64,000 nucleotides of DNA, taken from NCBI GenBank assembly GCA_964016885.1, contig OZ024757.1, forward strand, positions 38,812,001 to 38,876,000. The letters are read 5' to 3'. How positions within the stretch are numbered: the stretch's first letter is position 1; every line of letters begins with the position of its first letter. The translations under genes were made by a program, and so were the position numbers. Positions 41,565 to 55,792 of the stretch are shown piece after piece. The notes under the pieces were generated by a model. It searched no databases and was not told the DNA's origin. It saw nothing but the letters and a program-made list of their open reading frames with translations. This DNA is from Eledone cirrhosa (taxonomy: Eukaryota).

Positions 41565-42800
41565 CAGAATCGCTAGAGCGTCGAACTCAAAATGCCTGAT
41601 GGTATTTAGTTGCGGCCTTCTACGTTCTGAGTACGAATCTCGGACAGGTCAACATGCCATTTTATCTTTCGAGATTTCAATAAAATAATGTACCAGTCAT
41701 GTACTGGTGTAGACACAATTTACTATACACCACCTTAAAATGTAAAGTCTTGTACCTATGTAAGAAATTATTGATGAACTCTATGCATAAGTAATGAATC
41801 ATAAAAGAAAATTTTACAAAGATTATCTGTTTTTTTACCAGTGATATATTGGGGGTGTATGACATAATCGATTGTACATTACAAAAATATAAATCAATAT
41901 TTTTATTATAACAGGCGGTGGATGGCAGAATCGTTAGAGCGTCGGATATTATGCTTTGCGGCATATATAAACGGCAGCTTTACGTTTGCGTTCAAATCCC
42001 GCCGAGGTTAACTTTGCCTTTCATCCTTACAGTGTCGATAGTATAAAGTACTAGTGACGCACTGGGTTCGATTTAATCGACCCCCCCCCCCCATTGCTGG
42101 CCTTGTGCCTATATAAGAAACCATTATTATTATTTTCAAATCCTGCGGAGGTTAGCTTCGCTTTTTATTCTTACAGGTTCGCTAAAATAAAGTACCAGTA
42201 ATGCACTGAGGTCGACGTTCTCCTCCAGCCGCAAAATCAGAAACCATTGTTATAGTCATTGCAGGGATCGATGTATTGATAGAGACGGTTTTGTATCGAT
42301 TAAAATTCCGTCTACTATTTAGTTTCGAACAATTATATTCTCCGTTCAAATCCGGCGGAGGGCCACATTGCGTTCACTGAATCTAGGGAGTGGGAGTTGG
42401 AAGCAATAGTACACCAATCGTATACACCTCTTCCTGACCACCAACTTAGATAGTAATCATTCTTTCTAGAATTGGGACAACGTCTCCACTTTTAGGAATG
42501 AAGAGAGTCGATTATATGAACCTCTAGTGTTTAACTGGCCCTTTATGTCATCTCCCTCGGAAGGTAGTATTGAAACACAAATTTGACCTCGGCGGGGTTT
42601 GAACTTAGTGCCTAAAGAACCGGAACAATTACTATATAGTATGTTCTACCTCCTTCTCTGCCCATCGACTGCCCTACATAATAAAGGTTTCTAATTTAGA
42701 CACAAGGCCAGCGATTTTTTAGATGCAAATTATTTTTCCCCCAATGCGTTACTGGTACTTTATTTCATCGACCTCGTAAGGATGAAAGGCAAAGCTAACC
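41565..42800. mobile_element. Cluster of five SINE family 1 copies: + at about 41565, 41913 and 42135; - at about 42455 and 42683
   Basis: The core motif occurs in both orientations. Confidence 0.8.
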
Positions 42801-43015
42801 GAATTTTCATTATTATTGATTCCCTACGAACATCCACACTTTTGTTCTCGGTTTTGCTGCTAAATGCCGTCACACTGTGGCAAATAAAGACATTTTGTAT
42901 TATTGACATTACGTAATAAAATATATTTAACAATATTACGAACCAGTTATATCCTGAGGTCGTTTAAACTAAGATATATGTGATCTTGTGTCTGTATAGA
43001 TTATCATATCAAATA

Positions 43016-43625
43016 CTGGTGTAGTTTAATCACGTATATGAAAGGTATTTTGTCACAATATTCTATATACCAGTTATATGCTGGTGTCATATAATCATAC
43101 GTTTGCTTCCTTTCTAACTGTGTTATATATTATTTTATCAAACCCTGGTGTAGCTTAATCTCGTATATGAATGCTATTTTGTCACAATTTTCTATATACC
43201 AGTAATATGTTGGTGTCATTTAATCAGGCGTTTGCTTCCTTTCTAACTGTGTTATATATTATTTTATTAAACACTGGTGTAGTTTAATCGCGTGTATAAA
43301 TGGTATTCTGCTATAATACTTTATATACCAGTAATATGCTGGTGTCGTTTAATATTATGTAAGCTTCCTTTCTAACTGTGTTATATATTATTTTATTAAA
43401 CCCTGGTGTAGTTTAATCGCGTGTATGGATGGTATTCTGTCACAATACTATAAATACCAGTAATATGCTAGTGTCGTTTAATTTTGTGTCAGCTTGCTTT
43501 CTGTGTCATATATATCAAAGCTTGGTGTTGTTTAATCGCGTGTATAGTTTGTATGCTGACACAATACTTTTTATACCAGTAATAAACTGGCATCGTTTAA
43601 TCATCTATTTGCTATCTTCTTAACT
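43016..43625. repeat. 129-bp tandem repeat, about 4.8 copies
   Basis: Unit starts CTGGTGTAG at 43016, 43145, 43274 and 43403, with a shorter step to about 43522. Confidence 0.92.
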
Positions 43626-44734
43626 ATGATATAAATTAATCTCATTGTGAATGTTGATGTGGTCAGTCCCCCACTATGTCGGCAGCGAAGGAGGTAGACC
43701 TATGATCCAAGGAACTTCATAATTTGACCCTCTCCTCTATGTTTCTATATCAAGCGTTATAGATTACAGTATATCCTCTATTGACTTAAGATGGCAGAAA
43801 ATGAGTCGGTGGGAACCTGGGTGATATTTCTAACAAGTCTCAACACCATGTAACTACCTCCCTCGTTTGGTCTTTACATGGATAAGTCAGTAGTGTGTGT
43901 GTTTTGATAGGGATTAGGCATTTTAATCAACGCTGATGACGATGTTTGTATAACAAGTCTTCACTGTTGATTCATAGATATTGTTCAGCCTTCGACATAT
44001 ACACACACATATACACGGATACAATCATACATACATACACACGGATACAAGCATACATGCATACACGGATATATGCATACATACATGGATACGAGCATAC
44101 ATACATAGATACGAGCATACATACATACATACATACACATATGAAATAGTTAGGTGTTAGATATAGTAGTCAAACAACCCTCATTTAACAGGTCACACCA
44201 TCGTTGTTATTGTAGCTATAATTACTCTGATGGCGGCTTACCAGAGTAGGTAGTGTTGTACAAATACCTCGCTGTGTTGCAGCTATTTGTGTTCAATTGC
44301 CGTTGAGCTTAACGTCTCCTCCGAGAGTAATAAAATAAATATACCAGTAAAATACTGGTGTTGTTGACGGTGATGGTGTGGATGGTGGTGATGGTGTTGA
44401 TGGTGTTGCTGGTTATGTTGTTGATGGTGCTGTTGTTGACGGTGGTCGTGGTGATAATGTTGGTGATGGCGCCGGAGATGTCGGTGGTGATGGCTATGTT
44501 GGCGATAGTGGTATTGATGTTGGTGGTGATGATTAGCCCGGAGCCAACACTTCTTAGACAGACATATAGCTAAGTCATGCTAACGATGACAATTTGGCCA
44601 TTGTATGTCTAATCCTTATTCGATAAAAACAAACCGCCCGAAACCGCCTCAGGTTCTACGATATAAACTATTTTAAGGTGTTTATATTTATAATGTTATG
44701 CAAGAAGACAAGAAGTGCCCAGTACATATTGTAA

Positions 44735-44895
44735 ATGTGGTTGGCGTTAGGAAGGGCATCCTCATGTAGAAACCAAGACAAAATCAGTTCTGTGTGAGCA
44801 AGAGAAGGTTCCCCCAAAATGGCTGTCTTACAACGGGACCAATCGTCTAACCCATGCTAGCGTAGAAAATGGACGTTAAATGATGTTGATGATGA
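44735..44895 (+). mobile_element. 3' part of another SINE family with a (GAT)n tail
   Basis: GTTGGCGTTAGGAAGGGCATCC...AACCCATGCTAGCGTAGAAAATGGACGTTAAATGATGTTGATGATG. Recognised from recall as a common octopus SINE tail. Confidence 0.6.
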
Positions 44896-45751
44896 TACAA
44901 CTTCTATAAGGAATGTTTCAAACATCAGCAGCTTAATAATGACAAAGTGTGTTACATTATAAGTTCCTGTAAATTGTTAATTGTTTTAAAACATATTTGA
45001 AAATAATAGACTGGAGCCTTCATTTCGAAATATTTCGACGAAAGGGTTAATGAGTTCTTTAGTGTGTTGTGAGGTGAAGGAAAATAGTTGAATTATTTTC
45101 CAAGAAAAGTTAATAACCACATAAAGGTTTCCCTGTAGTGTTGTTAATAGTATCGCTTTTGAAGTTGTGGAGTTATTGTTTCAGTTGCAGTTGTTTTTGT
45201 GGGTGTAGTTGTTGTTGTTACTGCATTTGCTGTTGCTTCAGTTGCTGTTGGTGTTGTTTTTGCTGATGCTGTTGTTGTTGGTGCAATTGTTGTTTTTGTT
45301 GTTGCTGTTGTTCCTATGTGGCCACACTTATGCATGTTGGCATTAAGGTAATGCTACTGTACTAGTAATGGCAATAGCAGGATGCGCAGTTAGTTATTGT
45401 AGTAGTAGTAGTAATAGTAGTAAATTAGTAGTAGCAACAGTAGCAAGAACTTGGCGGTGTTGGTATTAATTGTTGACTGTTGTAGATTCCGTTCCAGTTA
45501 ACCACTACTACTAGAGCTATTACAACTACTATAACTACTACTACCGATGATTATGACGATGATCGTGTCCTACTCCTAATACTACTATTACTATTACTAC
45601 TACGATGATGTTTTTCTTGTTATGCATATAAAGTCATATCTACAACTAGTAACGCTACTACTAGTATACATAAGTAGCTATAATACTGCACCTCCTACTA
45701 CGCCAGGTACATCTCTCAATGACCATTGTTACTATTACTGATGTCTATAAG

Positions 45752-45967
45752 GAAGGTAGATTGGCAGAATCGGTAGAGCGTCGGACATCATGCTTCGAGA
45801 AAGAGCGTTTCGGCATTTTATGTTTCGAGTTCAAATTCCACCGAGGTTAGATTTACCTTTCATACTCACGGGATCGATAAAATAAAGTACCAGTAATGCA
45901 ATGGGGTCGATTTAATAAACTATTCCCTCAACAAATGTGTTTGCTTTGTGCCTAAATCTGAAATCAT
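45752..45967 (+). mobile_element. SINE family 1
   Basis: Head TTGGCAGAATCGGTAGAGCGTCGGAC, B-box, core and tail. Confidence 0.85.
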
Positions 45968-46912
45968 ATTTGGAGTATTCTAATGACATATTTATGTGGT
46001 GGACGTATTTGTTTACGTAAATGTTTAGATGTTACTATCGTTGTTGACATAACTCCCTAGTCTGCGCTATTTTAAAAAGCATGTGATCAAAGACGTTCCT
46101 TGGGGGACAAAGCAAATTGCTGGCCTTGTGACTAAATAAAAAAAAATAGTATTCCTTCTGTTGATACCTAGTTTATCGTTGGTTCCTTGAACAGAACAAC
46201 ATGCATTCTTTAATCTACTAAATGCAGACATTGAGAGGAGATGAGCTCCACGATTTAAAAGAAAAATGCTCTTGAAACGCCGTATGTCAATGCGGCGCCC
46301 TTACAATTCTATCATAAGTTCCGGGACCGTATAAACATATATATTATGTATGGATCTGTAACTCATGGCGCATTTGTAGGGGTACTATTATGCCATATGC
46401 CGTGTCTTTGAGGTTTTATATCTGGGAGGACATAACATTTACCCAGTGTGTACACAGGCAATCTTTTTCAAAGAAGGACAGGGAGGCAGTGAAATCGTTC
46501 AAACAAATCTGACAACTCGCTCCAAAAATATACACTACAGTAGACAAAATTTCTTTTAATAATTTTTGACAGATTTCATATCTTTTCGTGATCAAATTTG
46601 CTTCTCATCCTTCCTCTGTTATCCTGACTATTAATTTCATCGATCATACCTATAAATACGTGGCCTATTTTTTTTTTATAAGAAGATCGAAAGATATCCG
46701 GAGTTGTCACCGGGTCTGTCACATAAATGATTGGTCTTCCTACCTTCACATTACCTCTTTCCGATTTTAATCAATAAAGACTTAGGTGCGTCAACCAGCC
46801 AATTCTCTCTCTCTCTCTCTCTACCGCTCTCAATCTATCATCCCTTCACTCTCTCTCGCACCCCTTCCCTCTCTCTCTCTCTCATCCCTTCCCTCACTCT
46901 CTCAATCTCTCT

Positions 46913-46953
<41 letters not shown>

Positions 46954-47769
46954 CTCTCTCTCTCTCTCTCTTTCTCTGTCTCTTTCTCTTTCTCTCTCTC
47001 TCTCTCTCTGTGTCTGTGTTATATATATATATGTGTGTGTGTGTCTATATATGGGCCTGTGTCTATATATGGGTGTGTGTGTGTGTGTGTATATATGTGT
47101 GTGTGGATGTATATGTCGCTGCCAAAATGGCGGAACAACTAAGCACATGTTTCCTACATGTCTAAAGAAAAAATACTTTATCTCGTTTACTTTTTCATTT
47201 GTTACATTCGACTTTCTTCCAAATTTCTCTTCTCTATTCCAAACATATTTTCGACTTTTTTCCATATTCCGATAAAGGACTAACGTCCGACACGTTGAGA
47301 TACTTTTACTATTGTATAAATAGTTAAAATTATATATATATATATTTATAGTTATATATACGTCCGTTTCTGCACCAGCCACAGGATTCAATTCAACATC
47401 AATGATCATTTGCGAACGTAGAGTGCTTTTCAACTGTACATGAAGGTAAACTAAACGGAATGCCCAGTTCTATCCAGTGGTAAACAACTAAACATAAATG
47501 AATATATATATATATTTATATATATCATCATCAATGCTTTACAGTGATGGTACGTGTTTTTTCCTTGTTGGCTTATGTCATATGGGTCCGACATTATGCA
47601 ATTCTACCTGATAATTTCAAACGAATGAAATACTTCTAGTAGTGTAGAAGTCATTTCTTTATATGTTAATTATACCTATACTCTACCAAAGTATTTAATA
47701 CCTTCCTAACTGTGGTCTCTCTCTCTCGCTTCCTCTCTCTCTCTCTCTCTATCGCTTTCTCTCTCTCTC

Positions 47770-47809
<40 letters not shown>

Positions 47810-48659
47810 GCTTTCTCTCTCTCTCATGTATAGTTATATAAAGCATACGTAAATAATCTTATAACAAAAAAATTATTGCAAATGATAGGCAATTTTCAGA
47901 TATTACGATGTGCTCCGATGATTTGGTTGTTGTTTCTTGGAGAAGAAGCGACCACATAGATACTTTCTAAATGTTAGTAGTTTTATTGCTATTAAAATGG
48001 ACGCTAGTAATGTCGGTTGTTTTAATTCTTAAAATTGTGTCTACCATTGTAATGTCGTTGTTGTTGCTGCTGCTGCTGCTGTTGGTATATTGGCAAAAAC
48101 ACTTCTATCTTGCACGAGCCAGCTGGAAAGCTTAAGGTCATTATAATATGTCAACAAACACATTTATAAATTGTATATCTATGTAGGTTTTGTAGTTACC
48201 AGACGATAATTTCGTCTGCCAGAAAACTACGCTCTCCTTCTTCTCTCCACTCCACATCTCACTATACGTTCTATGTCATTCCTTCAGAGCGATGGTTGGT
48301 GAAAGACGAGGAGGTCTTAAACATGACGTAGTTCTCATTATTTGAGAAAGATGTGTTTGTGAAAATGGCGTGTGGTGTGGTGTGGTTTAGTGTGGTGTAG
48401 AATAGAGTGGGCTACGTCTATTTAATTGCATCATTGAGGTGATTGATATAAGAAGACGTGGAGGAAGATGGGAGGTACTGTGCACACGTTTGTGTGTTTG
48501 CTATATGATAAGGTGAAAGGGATGTTAGGGTTTCAGTTATGTAACATATGATGGACATATATATATATATGCTTCATTTCATTAAGGATTTTAAAGTCCC
48601 AATTAACCTCCGACCAATGATGTTCCCTACAATTTATTTAGATTTTTATAAGGTCTTTT

Positions 48660-48965
48660 GATTTTGCTAGAGTCGTTAGAACGTTGGATAGAATGCTTTA
48701 TCGTATTCGTTCCGGCTTTTTGCTCTCTGATTGCAAATCCTGCCTTTCATCCTATCGAGGTCGATAAAATAAGTATCAGTCTAGTACTCGAGTCGATTCC
48801 TCCTCTATATATCTTTCTCATTTCCTCTCCCACTTTCTATTTTTCTCTGGAAGAAACCTGCTGTACTCAGGCCTAGAGAAGGCTGAGCTCCACCAGGCTT
48901 TAAAATGCCGAAGAAACGCCATATATCAATATCGCGCCCTACGATTCTATCAAGAGTTACCGGAG
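48660..48965 (+). mobile_element. SINE variant with a family 1 head/core and a different long tail
   Basis: Tail CTCTGGAAGAAACCTG...CAGGCCT...CCAGGCTT...GCCCTACGA is shared with 62430-62557 and partly with 46230-46335. Confidence 0.75.
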
Positions 48966-49833
48966 GCGAAAGCAAACAAGCTATATCATTTATCATTCGT
49001 ACAACTACAAGGAGTAACAGCCAAAGCCTTCACTACAAATCATAATCGGATATTTAAAATCTGAATGAACAAATTAGACAATATTCTAACCTCAAACAAA
49101 GAACCAAGAATGAAATCTATGATCTCTTTGATGGAAGTTTTTTTTTTTTCTTGGTCATGATGGTTAATGGTAATATGAGATAAAATAGTTAAACTACTAG
49201 AAAATATATTCTTTTGAAGGCTTTTAAAATATGTGATTCTGTCAATGTTGAAAATATACCGATACTCATTAGGCTTCTAGTAATGGACCTATGATATAAA
49301 ACTGATTATCTGGGTCTTAATACGTTTAAACTAACACAAATGTATTTATAAAATGCATCTCCCCACTTCCACTAAATGTTCTATATATTTTTTCTTTTAC
49401 TTTTCTGTTTTGTTTTTGGTATTGGCAATTAGGAAATCGTTAATAACAATAAAGTAGAAAATTAACAAATTCTGTATTAATTGATTTTTATGATTCCCTA
49501 TAGGCCGTACTAGCAAAGTATACATCGCGAAAATCTCATAATCTAATTAATGCAATTCCCTATAATGTCAGAACTGCCTTCTTTTCCCTTCTTATCATTC
49601 ATTAAAAAAATACTGAAATCATAAATGAAGGAGCGAAAAATTACACAGTATTATCTCGAGTATTTGGGAATATATTGTGGATAAATTTCTTTGCAGTGTA
49701 TTTCGAAAAATCGACTAATAGGTGCAGGTTTAGCCACGTGTGTTGAGAGATTCTCATAGAAAAATAAATATGATTGGCTAAAGAAACATTAAGGGTATGC
49801 GAAATGATGTAGTTCCAACAAAACTGACTACTA

Positions 49834-50460
49834 TAATAATTGCTTCTACGTTTGGCACAAGGCCATCAAATACCCAGGACATTACTGGTACTTTATTTTA
49901 TCGACCCCGTAAGTAAGAAAGGCAAAGTTAACCTCGGCGGGATTTGAACTCAGACCGCAAAGGGACGTAACTATAATAATTGTTTCTACTTTTGGCACAA
50001 TGCCCGCAATTATATCAGTGCATTACTGGTACTTAGTTTTATCGACGCAGTAAAGATGAAAGGCAAAGTTAATAATAATGATAATTGTTTCTACTTTAGG
50101 CACAAGGCCAGCAAATAACCCAGTGCATTACTGGTTCTTGTATTTTATCGACCCCGTAAGGATGAAAGGCAAAGTCAACCTCGGCGGGATTTGAACTCAG
50201 ATCGTAAAGGGACGTAACTATGCTGGAAAGCATGGCGTCCGACTCTCCACCGATACTGCCAATTCCATTATAGGCACACGGCCAGCAATTTGAAGGGTAG
50301 GCGGAAAGTCGATTAAATAGACCCCAGTGCATTACTGGTGCTTTATTTATCGATTTAGTGATGATGAAAGGCGAGGCTTACCTAGGTGGGATTTGAACTC
50401 AGAACGTAAAGGGACGTAACTATATGTCGCGAAGAATGGTGTCCGATGCTCTCCAGATTC
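49834..50460 (-). mobile_element. Four head-to-tail SINE family 1 copies
   Basis: Cores near 49885, 50025, 50130 and 50330. Confidence 0.9.
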
Positions 50461-50810
50461 TATAATCGTCAAGTTGTGAGTTTGATTCCCGGAGCTGACT
50501 GTTATGTTCTTGAGCAAGACACTTCATTTCTGGTTGCTACAGTTTACTGTAGAAATGAGTTGCGACCTTTCCCTACTACTACTACTACTACTACCATCGA
50601 TGCTGCTGCAACCACCATTACACTTGCTAATAGTAGTGGTGGTGGTGGTGGTGGTGGTGGTATTAGTGGTGGTGGTGGTGGTATTAGTGGTGGTAGTGTT
50701 GGTGGAGGTATTAGTAGTGGTGGCGAAAATGGTGGTCGGTAGTAGTGGTGTTGGTGGTGTTTGTGTGTAGTAGTTGCAGTAGTAGTGGCGTATGTGTTGG
50801 AGGTGATGAT

Positions 50811-51718
50811 GGAGGTGGCAGTTGTAGCTGGAGGTGGTGGTGGTGGTGGTGGTGCGGAGGTGGCAGTTGCAGGTGGTGATGGTGGTGGAGGTGGCAGTTG
50901 TAGCTGGAGGAGGGGGTGATGGTGGTGGTGATGGTGGTGGAGGTGGCAGTTGTAGCTGGAGGAGGTGGTGGTGATGGTGGTGGAGGTGGCAGTTGTAGCT
51001 GGAGGAGGTGATGGAGGTGGCAGTTGTAGCTGGAGGAGGTGGTGATGGTGATGGTGATGGTGGTGGAGGTGGCAGTTGTAGCTGGAGGAGGTGATGGAGG
51101 TGGCAGTTGTAGCTGGAGGAGGTGATGATGGTGGTGGTACTAGCTGGAGGAGGTGGTGGAGGTGGCAGTTCTAGCTGGAGGAGGTGATGGTGGTGGTACC
51201 AGCTGGAGGTTGTGGTGGAGGTGGCAGTACTAGATGGAGGAGGTGGTGGAGGTGGCAGTACTAGATGGAGGTGATGGTGGTGGAGGTGGCAGTACTAGAT
51301 GGAGGAGGTGATGGTGGTGGAGGTGGCAGTACTAGATGGAGGAGGTGATGGCGGTGGAGGTGGCATTACTAGATGGAGGAGGTGATGGTGGTGGAGGTGG
51401 CAGTACTAGATGGAGGAGGTGGTGGAGGAGGTGATGGTGGTGGAGGTGGCAGTACTAGATGGAGGAGGTGGAGGTGGCAGTACTAGATGGAGGAGGTGGT
51501 GGAGGTGGCAGTACTAGATGGAGGAGGTGATGGTGGTGGAGGTGGCAGTACTAGATGGTGGAGGTGGCAGTACTAGATGGAGGAGGTGGTGGAGGTGGCA
51601 GTACTAGATGGAGGAGGTGATGGTGGTGGAGGAGGCCGTACTAGATGGAGGAGGTGGTGGAGGTGGCAGTACTAGATGGAGGAGGTGGTGGAGGTGGCAG
51701 TACTAGATGGAGGAGGTG
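50811..51718. repeat. G-rich variable-length minisatellite
   Basis: Core GGAGGTGGCAGT(TG/AC)TAG(C/A)T plus variable GGA/GGT/GAT triplets, more than 25 units. Confidence 0.95.
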
Positions 51719-51930
51719 TCTAAGGTTTGAGTGTAAGAAATGAACAGCTTTCATTCCGATACTTTGAACGACGAAGTGTCTCAAGAATCTCCTTCAAGCC
51801 CCGTCTCCGATATCTGGTGCAACACTATTGATTTTTGTCTCCCATTTGTTTTCTTGAAGTGAATGTCTTCCCCCGCCTCTCTTTCTCTACATCTACTTCT
51901 CTACCACCTCTGGTCTACACGCACACTCAC

Positions 51931-51966
<36 letters not shown>

Positions 51967-51996
51967 ATGTGTGTGTGTGTGTGTGTGTCTCTCTCG

Positions 51997-52039
<43 letters not shown>

Positions 52040-53731
52040 ATCTCTCCCTCATATATATATATATATATATATTCGTATGTGTGCATGTACTTTATCTATA
52101 AAAAAATAACCCATTCACCCACGAATGACCATTGGTTTTGCACCTAGAATGTTCCCCTCCAAGGCACCAGACCGTGCCAGCTGTTTTGTAGAAGACCATA
52201 ACACCCCCATGCATACCAGTCTCCCTCTCCACGGCCCAGATATTGTTCAAGGGAAAGGCAAATACTGATAAACCATAACACCAGAGATATCGAAACTTGT
52301 TTCTGTATCTGTTCATAGAAACAACGTGAAATAAAGGGTCTTCCTCAAGGACACAGCATAGAGCCCGCTCTGAGAATCGAACTAACCCCATGGTTGTGAA
52401 TTCCATTCTTTAAACACAAAGCTACGTTACCACACTACATATATCATCATATGATATATTTATATATTATATCTTTCTCTTGCGCTCTCGCCCGTTCTCT
52501 CTCTCTCTCTCTCTCTCTCCCGTTCTCTCTCTCTCTGCCTTGTGCGCGCTCTCTCTATCTCTAGCGCTATCTTGTACACTCTTGCGCTCTCTGTCGATAT
52601 CGCACTCTCTTTACTGTATTCCTTTGAGACATTCATCTATCTTTATCACATACTACAACTAAATATCACCTCCCGCTCTTCCCTCTACGCATGCGCTCTT
52701 ATGTTTCTTGTTGCAACGTATCGAATTTATAGCCAGATAGTGTGAATAAATGGTGCCTACGATAAGAGGGACATTTTCGTGTTTATAATCCTTTGTAAAT
52801 CAAGATCCACATAAAATTTGAAAGTCTTGATATCAAGACTTTGGTAACACAAAGAATAAAACCATGGAAGGCTCGAAAAATAAAAAGATAAACAAACATA
52901 GTCGTCTGCAAATTGATAGAAATTCCGCCATTACGGTTCGTTTCCACTCCAACAATAAGTCGAGAACTTGAGTGTTGAAAGCACGCCATGTTCAAGACAT
53001 TTAGGTATTTGAACCCACGTTAAACGTATTAGAATTTGATGAAGCATAAACGCGCACACGTACACATAAACACTCATACACACACACATCCACTTACACA
53101 CACTTACACACACAGATAGGGAGATACATTTCTACGATAATGATTGAAACATTTTTACATATATTTACATACATTCATTCTCCCTCACATACAGATGTAA
53201 TGAGATGCCCTGTACATGTGTTACAGATAAGAATTTATAAGTAATCTCGTTTTCTTTCTCAGATTCACTGCAAATAATTCGATTTGCTTTCACATTTTCA
53301 CCATTATTATCTTCAACATTACTCTGTTATTTATATCACAGCTGAGGAACATTTTCTTTTTTTTTTTTTAATATATACGATTTATGATGGGTTGATAAAA
53401 AAAACTTCCAGTATCACGTGTGCATTAAGTTAATATGTTAACTCACATGTACGGTCCTAGGCGCCTGTGTGTATTTGTTTACCTCAACACACGTGACTTG
53501 CGGCGCAGAATATCCGTCTCCAGATCATAAAATTGCAAGCTCGGTTTTCGGCATTCATAGGGCCAGATTTAATGTTCAAGTCCTGCGGGGGTCAACTTTG
53601 TCTTTCCATTCCAGGACAAATCTAGTTACTAGTAGGGCCGATTCATCCGGTGTCTCTCTTTCTCACTTCCATACTCTCAATCTTTCTATCCATCCATATA
53701 TATATATATGTATCTATATATGTATATTCAT

Positions 53732-53917
53732 TTTCTACTATTGGCACAAGGCCAGCAATTAACCAGTACATTACTGGTACTTTATTTTATCGACCCCGTA
53801 AGGATGAAAGGCAAAGTTAACCTCGGCGGGATTTGAACTCAGAATGGCAAGGGCTGTAACTCTATGCGTCAAACCATGGCGTCCGATCCTCTACCGATAC
53901 TGCCAATTCACCGCCCT
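53732..53917 (-). mobile_element. SINE family 1, near-consensus full length
   Basis: Full head, core and tail. Confidence 0.9.
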
Positions 53918-55629
53918 ATATATTTATATTAATATAAGCAAGTATTGTACCAAGAAAAGTATAAACGTCGGCGTGAAGGAGATTAGGAATTGATTTGCTT
54001 TAACATATGTTTCGTGTCTATTATAACCGTCTACATATGCTGACCACAATATATATTTGTTAATCATATGCAATACTTAATTATCACACGGCATCAGAAA
54101 GCCTAAAATAGTGGAAATGACTTTATATATATATATACACACGCGCACGCGCACACGCACACGCACACGCACACGCACACCTACCTCCCCTTATTTTACG
54201 TTATATAATATTGTATATTTATCAGAGTTTTCCTGAATATATACATTTCATACACACCACACTGTTCTATATTCAAATATTTACTTTCAAACTATTCTTT
54301 ACTTTCTTATGTTCTGCTATCATTTATCTCCGAATCGCTCCCCACACCCTCCTCTCTCTATATCTATCTCTCTCTCTATCTCTTCGCTATATATCATCAT
54401 CATCAACATACATCCGCTTTTCCCTTGCAAGGGTCGAACGGGTCCTATTCAGCACAGCATCTCTCCACTTGTCACGGTCGTTCGTCATCATATATATATA
54501 TATCTGGTTGTGTGTATATATGTGTGTGTGTGTATATAATATATATATATTACATACACACAAACACATATATGCAGACCTATATATATATATATGAAAG
54601 AATGGTAAAGTATTAACTACTTCTCGATGTATTCTCCCATTCTTTAAATTCATTGCTTTCCCAGCTGTTCTTCAGAAATTCTATCTCACAACCACAAATA
54701 TATATCCCTTAAAGAACCCAAGAAATAAACACTGATTTAATTATTCTACATCGTCGCCTGTCGAGCTTACTTGCATATAATCATATACACCTATGTATAC
54801 ATACATATATACGAACGTATATACAAACATACTTACATACATACTTGAATGCTGAAGATGAATATATTGGATAATGACTGGGGAAACCATGCTCGACAAC
54901 AAAAATAATGGAAGCTTTTGCTTGAGTCTATTTTGCTAGACGTGTCTAATGATTATAGATTGTTTAATTCGATTCTATTTAAATTATCTAATATTGACCG
55001 GGAGTTTATTGAACTTTACTGACATCCATGCTAATACATCAGCCGTCGAGATAGCGATTTCTACTTCGAGGCAGATTTGGCTACTATTTCAAGCAAATTG
55101 TGTGTGTGTGTGTGTATGTATACATACACATACATAGTCATATATATACACAACAAAGACACCATCGCATTCTCATTCACCCACTCTCTCACATTCATAC
55201 ACACGCACGCACATTCTTACAATGCCCTTTCCATGATAACGAAACGTTTTACACGAAAGACACAACATCTTTAATTATAATAAGTAGATATGAAACTCAG
55301 CATCTAATTGAACTCTCTTTAAACAGTGTATTAAACAAATTGAGGTTATGTTAATATAGTATTATTAAGCCAAATTATGAAAGATATAAGACCATATTAT
55401 TTCGCTGTCAAGTTTCTCATGTCCGCCATTTTGATATTCACAAGTCAAAGTGAGATGCATTATAGCCAGCGGGAATTTGGCAAGAATTTATGATAAAGAT
55501 TTGTATCTAGACTATATAGAACTAATCTTGTGTAATGTTAGCACTTACACGATAAAAATGCTGTAACACTTTAGACTGTAAACAAATTGAATATTGTAGC
55601 CTCCGAATTGTTTTTTTTTAAATATAAAG

Positions 55630-55672
<43 letters not shown>

Positions 55673-55757
55673 CTTGTGTGTTGATATAGTGTGTCCCAAA
55701 AATTGTTTACATGTATTTATTAGAATGGTGTTGAAGTTTGTGTACATATTTGGGGAA

Positions 55758-55790
<33 letters not shown>

Positions 55791-55792
<2 letters not shown>

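Noticed and set aside
50811-51718. Glycine-rich structural protein exon
   Set aside because: The 19-bp core shifts frame in each unit and introduces TAG/TGA stops; there is no long ORF.
53245-53345. Candidate exon 2 after a polypyrimidine AG acceptor (also 57421-57450)
   Set aside because: The phase-1 translation gives no iGluR-like G(A/G)(L/I)F sequence and runs into a stop or low-complexity sequence.
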